From positions 30,690,001 through 30,754,000 of the forward strand of contig OZ024754.1 in the NCBI GenBank assembly GCA_964016885.1: a stretch of DNA of 64,000 nt. Direction: 5' to 3'. The DNA is from Eledone cirrhosa (taxonomy: Eukaryota). A program made the translations under genes and the position numbers. Under the pieces are notes generated by a model. It ran no database searches and was not told where the DNA came from. It saw nothing but the letters and a program-made list of their open reading frames with translations. Below, piece by piece: positions 53,721 through 64,000 of this stretch; the stretch's first letter is position 1; each line of letters opens with the position of its first letter.

Positions 53721-56656
53721 ATGTCATTATTATCTTTAGTGTCACCATCCTCATTACCACCATCATCATCATCATCATCACCATTATCCTCAGCAATTGT
53801 ACCATGTAACCTTAGACTAATGCAACATCACCACCCCTACCACACCACCACCACACACACACACACAAAAACATACACACACGTACACACACACAAATAC
53901 ATACACGTACACACACACAAATACATACACACACGTACACACACACAAATATATACACACAGAAGCATCTATTTTGAAATATCTTATATATATAATGAAC
54001 CAGTATTGTTATATTAGTAATATATTGACATCATCATCATCATCATCATATGTAGATATCATCATTATCGTCATCATATGTATATATATATATATATATA
54101 CACACACACATAATCATCACATCCACTTTACAGAGTGCACTGGGTGCATTTTATCATCCAGGCATAGAAATCATGCCAACCAAGCAAAGGGTTAAGAGAA
54201 TTCTTCAGTTATGTTAAAGACATGACAATCTCCCTGGTTCTGGTGCCATAGTGAGGTACACCCAGTACAGCCTGTAAAGTTGTACTGGCAGAGACTTCAG
54301 CCCCAATATGTCCCTCTTTTTTTCCATTTTCCAATTATAGGAGGAGGCATTTGAACTCAAAATACATAGGGCTTGAACAGATATCACAAAGCGTTTCATC
54401 TGAAGCTTGAACCATTGTGCCAATCCACTGCCTTTCACTGTTACTTTATTTATGAACTCCAAAATGACGGCAAAGTTGTACAAACGGCTGGATAAAATAC
54501 TGCAAGGCATTATTTAATCTGATGATTTAACGATGACCAATTTGTTGTATGAAGCATGAGATATCCTGTGTACTTTATGTCTGCTTTTACATGCTCACAT
54601 CAAGAATAATTAATAACTTCAACTAGGAATAAAAACTGGACCCTGAATCTAGCTCATTAGGAGTTTACCAGCACCATATGTTGCTTGAAAAATGAAGTTT
54701 TAATAAATATAGAAAATATCAAAGGATTTTGAGAATAAAGAGCATGAAAACAATTTAAGCAAAAAATGATGATGGACAAGAGAATGTAGGAAAGGGAGAA
54801 AAATAGCAGAGAAGTAAGTATAGAAGAAAATATAAGTGTGGTGAAAGATTTTGAAGTAGTTTCTTGCTAAGCTAGATAATAAGATTAACAAATAGGAGAA
54901 CAAATAGGAAGAAATGTTCAAAGAAATAATGATCTAAGAATACCCAGTAAACTGAAGATTTGCCAAGGTTTGAAGAAACTAGCAGAGAATTATGAGAGGT
55001 GATTGGATAAGCTATGATATAGTAAAATACTGTTATTGAAAATGTCAGCCAAAGTTAAAACTAACTACTCTATATATTTAGAGAAAGTAGAGATGACATT
55101 TCTGAGGTGCTTTTAAGATTTTTTTTAAACTGATATGTGAGAGTGGAGAGAAAAGAATTTCAACCTTGCAATAAGTGAAAAGGATATTCAGAAACTCAGG
55201 AAGATGACAAAAAGAAAACTTAATGGAAGAATTTGAGATCAATGAAAGAAATCTTTTTAATGTAGTAAAAATATAAAGGATTGGCCTGTTTCAGGTATTG
55301 ATGGCACTAACTGCTATTGTTGGTGCTGGTTCAGTTTGATTTGAATGTCAATAAGCTTGAAATTCTTTTCAAAATTAGCTTATTAGACACTATAGTAAAG
55401 TGGATAGCATTGAATATAGGAAGAATAGAATGAAGTAAGAGACAACAGCAGAATCCTTTAGTTGGAGATATTCAAACAATTTCCTCCCTTTTATTAAAGT
55501 AATCTACATTTAAACAGTTGTAGAAGATAAAATAATACCAGATTGAGCAATATTCAACAAAATCAGTTGACTTCCATTGTTAAAGAAAATCTACGAGAAT
55601 TTCATCTAATCGTGATATGTCTATTGTCATCATTAGATTACTAGAATACTTGGACACTGGCAGTGCTATGTGGTTAAGAAGTTTGCTTCATAATCATGAG
55701 GTCACAAGTTTGATCTAACAGTATAAGGTATACCATAGCTTTGGATTGGCCTCCACACTTTGCTTCACAATCTTGAGGTCACAAGTATAAGGAAAGTGTC
55801 TATACCATAGATTTGAATTGACCCCAAACTTTGCTTCATAATAATTTAGGTCATCAACTTACTTCCAAGCTACCACCACAAACCTCCTCCAGCAGTGTAA
55901 TATCTTTAACTCAGCCCCAACCCTTACCAATGCTTCTGCAGCAAGACCAAGTACACTGTGCACCCTGGTGCTGTAATGGGGTAGTACTGGTGCCATAACA
56001 AAAAGCACATGGAAAGTGATCGTGCCAGGGGCACAATAAAATGCTGTAATGTGTTAGGAAGGACATCCAGCCACAGAAAACATGCTCCCTGTACACACTG
56101 TAAAGGGGTTGGTGTTAGGGAAGGCATCAAACCATAGAATCCATGCCTTTGTATACACTGAGAAGTGGTTGGCATTAGGAAGAGCATCCAGCCATAGAAA
56201 ACCAAGCCAAAACAAAGCATACAAGCAGAACCTAGTCAGCTGAGTAGTCTGGTCTCAGCAGATGACAACCCCAAACCCTTGCAAGCATGAAAAATAGACA
56301 TTAGACAATGATGATGATAGATATATACAGATATAGAGATATATATATAGATGTACATATATATAGATAAACTGGTGGATTGAGAGAAGTTGTAAAATGT
56401 AAAATTCTCTTTAGTTTTGTGAGAAGATGTCAAATAAATCTCTTAGATGTGATCTACAGAAAAAATTTGAAAAAAAGACTAAAGTTTATGGAATAAATTA
56501 TATGTGAAGTTAAGGAATAAATAAAATAACCTAATTTGGTTGGAAATATTTTAGCAAGAAGCTACTGAAAGTCATAAATAATCCTGTAATCCCTGTAGCA
56601 AGACTTGGTAGAACATTGTTCAGTACAACTAAATAAACTCAGGAATGATGTATATA

Positions 56657-56699
<43 letters not shown>

Positions 56700-57115
56700 T
56701 TATTTATTTATTTATATTTATACATATATATAATCTGCAGTACTGGGACCTAGAAGACCACAAATCAAAGAAGTACTCAATACAGAAGAGGTAACCAGCC
56801 GAAACCACCAAGTTCTATTTTTACTAAAGGTATGTTATAGCAAAAGTGCGGATAATTTTTGACATACCCTCATATATATATATATACATACACACACACA
56901 TACATACATATATATATATAAATATATTATTCAAAATATTCTCATAACCAAAATATATATTTTATTATACATATTTCAAAGGTACAATGGTGTTTAAGTA
57001 CGTTTTTATCAGATAAATATGAGAGATTGGATAAGCAACATACTGCTATGGTTTTGATTATTCAGTTCCAATAGTGGCACTATATATAAATATAAATAAA
57101 TATATATATATATAT

Positions 57116-57899
57116 CATCATCATCATCATCAACGTTTAACGTCCGTGTTCCACGCTTGCATGGGTTTGGACGGGGGTATTCCCACTTGAGGCAAGAGTG
57201 GTTGTCTTGCTCGCATAGGACTGTCTGGCGGGTTTTCTACAGTTGGATGCCCTTCCTAACACCAACCACATTTACAGTGTGACTCTGGGAGGTTGTTACC
57301 GTGTTGCCTACACGGCCACATTACAGCGTGGACTGTGTGTTTTTTTGTCGTGACACCTACACGATCTCATTTGTTTCGGCCTGGATGTTGTGGCACCAAC
57401 ATAACTTTACATAGGAGGGGGTGGTGTGGATGGGGTGTGGGTGGTGGGACGGGGGTGTATTTGTTAGAGATGCCTACTGGCTGTAGTAGGTTTTACTATG
57501 TATTTAGGTAAGGCGGGTCTTCTCTATTACTGAGTACCGCCAAAGGTCTCAGTCCAGTGACATTGTCTTGGAGAGGTGTAAGTGTGTGAGGTCGGAGTTT
57601 ATCAGCTCGTCCCAGGATTTTCTAGGTCTGCCTATTCCGTGGCTACCGTCTATCTTTATTGCCCTGCACTTTGTTATACAGCTATCGACTTTCATGCCCA
57701 TCACGTGTCCATACCAACGTAGCCTTCTCTCGAGTAAACAACATCTGATCCTCTTATTTCTAATTTTTTCCTTAGTTCGTTTATGCTTTGCCGTTCACGT
57801 ATATTACTGTTACACATCCAGCGGAGCATGCAAGCTTCGTTCCTCTCTAGTCTGCATATATCCTCTGCGCACAATGCCCAGGTCTCACTGCCATGCAAC

Positions 57900-57900
<1 letters not shown>
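57116..57900 (-). mobile_element. 5'-truncated RTE LINE (third subfamily)
   Basis: MLHGSETWAL..RLERNEACMLRWMC, frameshifted, with a distinct 3' UTR and (GAT)n tail. Confidence 0.85.
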
Positions 57901-57945
<45 letters not shown>

Positions 57946-57946
<1 letters not shown>

Positions 57947-58147
57947 GTTTTAATATAGATGAGATTCTACAGGACTAGAACTGTTTCATTCATTAGAAAT
58001 CATCAGGAATCTGAGATTCCTGATGATTTCTAATGAATGAAACAGTTCTAGTCCTGTAGAATCTCATCTATATTAAAACTGTTATACTCTGCTATGTATT
58101 GAGTACCTTACTTACTGTGGTTACCTCCGATTCAACCCAGAATAACG
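57946..58147 (+). mobile_element. (TA)n-flanked perfect palindrome element, family F, two hammerheads
   Basis: Arms 57946-58012 and 58014-58080 (1-nt spacer), plus a tail to 58147. Confidence 0.88.
58012..58066 (+). ncRNA. Type I hammerhead ribozyme motif (mirror 57961-58012 minus)
   Basis: tgagattc-CTGATGA-tttctaatgaat-GAAA-CAG ttctagtc CTG-TA-gaatctca. Stem I is 8 bp; GUA triplet. Confidence 0.82.
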
Positions 58148-58181
58148 TATATATATACATATATATATATGTATATATATA

Positions 58182-58237
<56 letters not shown>

Positions 58238-58572
58238 TATATATATATATACACACACACACTCACACATACATATATATATATTTGGAAAAAGGAAAAG
58301 AATGACTTCACTTGTAGTTGGTATTCTATAACAATTGGTGTTTATATTTATATGTTTATATATATATATATATGTAACTTATAAGTTTCAAAAAGCCAGT
58401 AGAATGTGGTAGAATACATAAAGTGCAAAGAATGACAAATAAAACTAAAACATTACTTTGTTTTGTTTTTTATTTGTCATCCTCTATCTACCTGTTATAT
58501 ATTTCTACCACATTGTACAGGCCTTTTGGAACTTATCTGTCATTTACTATATATCTCTCAATGTTTCATATT

Positions 58573-58612
<40 letters not shown>

Positions 58613-58692
58613 ATATATATATGTATATGAAAAGATTCAGGAACCCGACAGCTGAGCTCCGGCTGTTTCAACAGCTAGATCCGAACAATATC

Positions 58693-58792
<100 letters not shown>

Positions 58793-59107
58793 GGGGTAAC
58801 AAATAATAGTTATATGCAGTCCACTTAAGTGTAGTCCAGTTATGGTACTCCGGGTAGTGGATGATATCAACACTTGGCTAATATAATACACCCTACAACA
58901 GTCTTTACATGTCAATTTTATACATCTGCCTCATGTCAGCTAGTTTTACAAGCTAAAATCATAGATATACTATACTTCCCACCTAGATTGATGTTGTGAT
59001 TATTTCAAATAATTTATTGCTAGCATTGTTGATATTGTTGTTATTGTTCTAACTGAATGTCATTACTACTACATATAGTAGCCTGTATATTCTCTTCATT
59101 CTCGCAA

Positions 59108-59213
59108 GCTCCGAAGAACTGACTGGTTATAATTTTGTATTGGCGATTGAGTAACGCGAAAATAAGCGGATAGCAATCTCTAGACCTACCAGTTCAGAGA
59201 AACAATTGTCAGC
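59108..59213 (+). ncRNA. Degenerate hammerhead motif with long stem II (family C)
   Basis: gct-CCGAAGA-a ctgactggt...accagttcag a-GAAA-CAATTG-TC-agc, with a core U>C change. Confidence 0.5.
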
Positions 59214-59613
59214 AATGACATTAAAAACCTTTTTTGTATAGCAAACCATGTCACTCTTCTTTCCTGATTTATATATATATATATGTATTATATATATTGT
59301 TATACTTGGGGAGGGTCATATTGTTGTAATAATATTGCCAGAAATAATAACAGAACACACTCACTGTTTGGTTGGTTTTCGCTCTGTATCTTTTATATCT
59401 CCACAGTTAATTCATTTGGTCCTCAGTGTTTATCATTGACTGAGCAACAGTCAAAGATACAGATATAAACACATATATATATAGTCTAACAAAGTTCTTT
59501 CGTTGCACATCTGCAACATCATCAGTGGTACTATTATGTTCCTCCTGTTGTATTGTATGTCTACGCCATTTTTATTTTATCTGTTTATTTATATATATAT
59601 ATATATATATTTA

Positions 59614-60226
59614 GAGTAATGCCCTGTTATATTGCGGTTCCTATTTTGCGGTCCCACTACATTGCGGATTTTTCTTTGGAACATATCTAATTTCCTATCA
59701 TGGTAATCCTCGTTACATCGTGGATTTTTCGTTAGAACATATCTATTTTCTTATCATGGTATGTACATCTGAATAAAAAGTAATTAAATTTTAAACTTAT
59801 TAAATAAGTTTTGATGTGATTGAAGTGTATAGCGTAAGGAAGGGGCATCTTAAGGCTTTAAATATAAAAAATGTTTTTATTTTTCATTCCATTACTGTTT
59901 TATTGATTGTATTTTTTTCTAATTTACTATAAACACTTCATAGAATGACGGGATGTGCAGTGTATTACCAAGCAGCTAACATGGCTGATAATGGTCATCA
60001 TTGGTAACTAGTGGTACGATGGTTGGTGGTAGTTTCTATTCGATCGTTACTGGCTGTTTTTTGGTGTTTAAATACAAAACTGTGTTTTAATGAGTTTGTA
60101 TGTACTTAAAGCATGTAGGGGAGGCATTTTAAGGCTTAAACTATGAAAACAATGATTGTCTTCATGGTCTCTCTATATCGCGGTTGGTTCTGGAATGTAT
60201 CCCCTGCGATAAATGGGGGATTACTG
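59614..60226. mobile_element. Tigger/pogo-type MITE
   Basis: TA|GAGTAATGCCCTGTTATATTGCGG ... CCTGCGATAAATGGGGGATTACTG|TA (TIRs with TA TSD). Confidence 0.7.
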
Positions 60227-60342
60227 TATATATATATATATAGGCCATCATCATCATACTTTTCTTGTCCACTCAAAGACTAGATGGGGGAGAGAAACAT
60301 GTGCTGCTCATACATTCCATATTTTGGTATGGTTTCTATAAC

Positions 60343-60989
60343 TGGATGTCTTTCCTAACACCAACCCCTTTACTCAGTGTAGTGGATGTCTTTCCTAACA
60401 CCAACCCCTTTACTCAGTGTACTGGATGTCTTTCCTAACACCAACCCATTTACTCAGTGTAGTGGATGTCTTTCCTAACACCAACCCCTTTACTCAGTGT
60501 AGTGGATGTCTTTCCTAACACCAACCCCTTTACTCAGTGTAGTGGATGTCTTTCCTAACCCTAACCCCTTTACTCAGTGTAGTGGATGTCTTTCCTAACA
60601 CCAACCCCTTTACTCAGTGTAGTGGATGTCTTTCCTAACACCAACCCCTTTACTCAGTGTAGTGGATGTCTTTCCTAACCCTAACCCCTTTACTCAGTGT
60701 AGTGGATGTCTTTCCTAACACCAACCCCTTTACTCAGTGTACTGGATGTCTTTCCTAACACCAACCCCTTTACTCAGTGTAGTGGATGTCTTTCCTAACA
60801 CCAACCCCTTTACTCAGTGTACTGGATGTCTTTCCTAACACCAACCCCTTTACTCAGTGTAGTGGATGTCTTTCCTAACACCAACCCCTTTACTCAGTGT
60901 AGTGGATGTCTTTCCTAACACCAACCCCTTTACTCAGTATACTGGATGTCTTTCCTAACCCTAACCCCTTTACTCAGTGTAGTGGATGT
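60343..60989. repeat. 40-bp minisatellite x16 derived from the RTE/SINE tail
   Basis: TGGATGTCTTTCCTAACACCAACCCCTTTACTCAGTGTAG at an exact 40-bp period. Confidence 0.95.
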
Positions 60990-61065
60990 ACTTTAAAAGT
61001 AGGCCAAGGAAGATATGACAGAAGTCAACCAAAGAGGATATAATATAGGTAGACCAAGGAAGTAA

Positions 61066-61290
61066 TGGTGGTGGGGGACCAAGGGTGATATGGCAGTGGG
61101 GGACCATGGGTGATATGGTGGTGGGGGACCAAGGGTGATATGGTGGTGGGGGACCATGGGTGATATGGTGGTGGGGGACCAAGGGTGATATGGTGGTGGG
61201 GGACGATGGGTGATATGGTGGTAGGGGACCAAGGGTGATATGGTGGTAGGGGGCCAAGGGTGATATGGTGGTGGTGGGTAACGAAGGGTG
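61066..61290 (+). repeat. 25-bp G-rich minisatellite GGGGGACCAAGGGTGATATGGTGGT
   Basis: About 8 units. Confidence 0.9.
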
Positions 61291-61729
61291 ACGTGGTAGA
61301 AGTAGATCATGGATGATATGGTAGAGTTAGACGATGGATGATATGGCAAGGAAGAGATATCAAAGATAAAATGATTCAAAGGTGATAGACTGTTACATGG
61401 TTAAGGAGAAGACAATTTTTGGAAATAAGCAAATTAGAAGACAAATAAAACAGTAGTAGAGCTGAAATACCTGGGAAGGATGTTGTTTCATTAGAAAAAA
61501 TAAAAAGGAGAGGATGAAGATGTATATGATGAATAAGTTGAAATTTTAGAAGCCATGGAAAATGTAAAAATTTAGTTTGGAGTAGAATTAGGAGAAAAAT
61601 AAATAAAGAGATGATTAATAGCTTATAGTTAGAATCTAAGAGTGAAGAACTTGAGAGGTTTCATAGGATGAACATAGTACTAAGAACTGGAAAATATAAC
61701 GTTGCAAACTTGACTGTCACCACTGAATA

Positions 61730-61768
61730 TGAACCTGAAGATTGCGAAAGCATGAAAGTACTTGTTCA
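61730..61768 (+). ncRNA. Minimal type I hammerhead ribozyme (39 nt, family B)
   Basis: tgaac-CTGAAGA-t tgc GAAA gca t-GAAA-GTAC-TT-gttca. GNRA-capped stem II, palindromic AAGTACTT stem III. Confidence 0.82.
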
Positions 61769-61948
61769 ACTAACATTTAACATTTAATATTCTACCATAC
61801 TATTTCATTATAATATCATTATAATTTTAAAGGATTGTAAATAAAACGAGTAAATCAGACAAAGTTAGAATTCTCTATATTAATTTAATCTTCTATACAC
61901 AATCATACACACTCGTGTATATTTATATATATATATATATATATATAT

Positions 61949-62358
61949 GTAGGAGGTGAGTTTTATTGTAGTACAATAAAGCAATGCAGATATCGGATAA
62001 GAAGCACTCTACAGTTTGTAGGACTGGAGTATACATAATATATAAGATCAAAAGATGGTTAAATGAGTTCCATGTATTTTATTATGCGCATTTCAAAAAC
62101 AAATATCATCATGCAATAACATTTGTGTTTTCATCAAATAAAATAGGAGGACATGATATGAAGGTTAAAAACACTTGTGGATAGTGCAGTTTTAAATCAA
62201 CATATTGATTTAAAACTGCACTATCCACAAGTGTTTTTAACCTTCATATCATGTCCTCCTATTTTATCTGATGAAAACACAAATGTTATTGCATGATGAT
62301 ATTTGTTTTTGAAATGCGCATAATAAAATACATGGAACTCATTTAACCATCTTTTGAT

Positions 62359-62365
<7 letters not shown>
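61949..62365 (-). mobile_element. (TA)n-flanked palindrome element, family H (second copy)
   Basis: Arms about 62040-62200 and 62205-62365. Intact hammerhead at 62260-62330 (+); the mirror copy has one core mutation. Confidence 0.88.
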
Positions 62366-62403
<38 letters not shown>

Positions 62404-62631
62404 GTATGCAAAAAGTAAATTGAAAAAAACACAACAGACAATGATGTACAATGAAGATATATATTGATTTCATGCTTAATGTAGTAGGAAAAGTCCTAAC
62501 GTTTTGGGCGTCAGTCTTTCCTCAGAAAATAGAATGAGAAATTAAAGAAGAAACAGAAAGATAGAGGGGAGTGAACAGGGTAGAAACATTAAAAATTTCT
62601 CCGAAAAGAAGATAGTCTGTTTATTTTGTCA

Positions 62632-62687
<56 letters not shown>

Positions 62688-62789
62688 GCACATATACATC
62701 TAAACTATAATAAAGTAAGGAGTGTGGGACTGCGTCCAGAATATATTTTTTTATTTCGTTTGTAAAATAAGTTGGATTACTTTGAATAA

Positions 62790-62980
62790 ATAATTGTTTC
62801 TACTTTTGGCACAAGGCCAGCAATTACCCAGTGTATTACTGGTACTTTATTTTATCGACCCTGTAAGGATGAAAGGCAAAGTTAACCTCGATGAGATTTG
62901 AACTAAGAAGGGAAAGGGCCGTAACTCCATGCGTCAAAGCATGGCGTCCGACCCTCTACCGATACTGCCAATTCACCGCC
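62790..62980 (-). mobile_element. MetaSINE-like SINE with TSD
   Basis: Full-length copy, with the 15-bp direct repeat CTTTGAATAAATAAT at 62780 and 62981. Confidence 0.85.
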
Positions 62981-64000
62981 CTTTGAATAAATAATGAATG
63001 AATATTACATAATTTATGTGCTAAATTTCGTGGCTGTTGATTAAATATATTTTATAGCTTACTTAAAGACCTTTAAAATTCACTTCTTTAAAATTTTCAA
63101 ATGTCAACACTTCCGGTTAGCGGCCGTTATAATATAACACTTATAAAAATATCGCATATATTTATGTCACTAATTTTCTCCTAATGCAGTTTATATATAA
63201 TATTGTCTTTTTTTAATGTATCATGGATTACGTTACTGATTACATAAGACAGTGTAACGCAGTCTTCATTCAATTTCTGTGTATATTGTCAATTACGATT
63301 TTATTTGATGTATCATATCTACATGTATATATACTTGCGTATAATATCAATATACACACTACACATGCTAGCAGAAAACTACCCGAGGGGTGGTTTTTCT
63401 GCTAGTATATATAATAATATTTATATTAACAGTTTGTCTTATATATATATCCCAAGACACAAATATTAAAACCCAAAATTGGAAGCGTAATTAATGAAGC
63501 TACAAAAACCAATGATAAAAATGTAGTTGGTGTTGGTGCCAGAAAATAAAGAAACATTGATATTAATTTAGGTATATGTTGAGAATATTATATAGTAACT
63601 GAGAGGAAATCTACTATATTGTGTGTAGTTCTAGAATAGAATAGAATTAGTATTCATAAAAATGTAATGTTATGCTGATAGTTTTGGCTGTAGATATGAA
63701 CTGAGGAGGATTTTTTAGCAGTAGACAGAGTGTAAACTAATAGGACCCTGTTGTGGGAAAGAACGAAATTGGAAATTTGAAGAAACAAAAAATTGACGGG
63801 ATTACAAAGTATTGCTGAGATAAAATCGCACACTTGTGTAAGACAAGTGGTAACATTGATAGATAATAGATAAAAATGATATTGATCTCTGATATGGAAA
63901 AAAAAAAAAAAAAAAAATCTAAAATTAATAGCAAGAAAATTGGGAAGAGTTATTGATACTATTGGTATGATTGATGGTATTAATAGTCTTATCTGATCAA

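Noticed and set aside
54200-55650. Purine-skewed unique-looking region (also 19740-20240 and 61380-61700)
   Set aside because: Probably ancient retroelement debris, but no motif could be identified with confidence.

Overview
This is eukaryotic, AT-rich DNA saturated with microsatellites. It is most likely an intronic or intergenic region of an octopus (cephalopod) genome, inferred from the SINE families. No intact protein-coding gene is evident, and almost all ORFs in the track are simple-repeat artefacts. Recognisable content: (i) truncated RTE-clade LINEs and many RTE 3' tails; (ii) two tRNA-derived SINE families, one sharing the RTE tail; (iii) a 5'-truncated Penelope-like element (RT plus GIY-YIG) between (TA)n tracts; (iv) decayed R4-like and L1/Tx1-like retrotransposons; (v) a 5S rRNA pseudogene; (vi) MITEs, a probable solo LTR and several minisatellites. 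The most striking signal is a dense population of short elements, from roughly ten or more unrelated sequence families, that sit mostly in or beside (TA)n tracts. Many are fold-back palindromes, and together they carry about 20 minimal type-I hammerhead ribozyme motifs (CUGANGA...GAAA, palindromic stem III, NUH). In two families the arms within a copy match each other better than copies match one another. I interpret these as non-autonomous, microsatellite-targeted Penelope pseudo-LTR derivatives. All calls were read by eye and coordinates may be off by a few nt.
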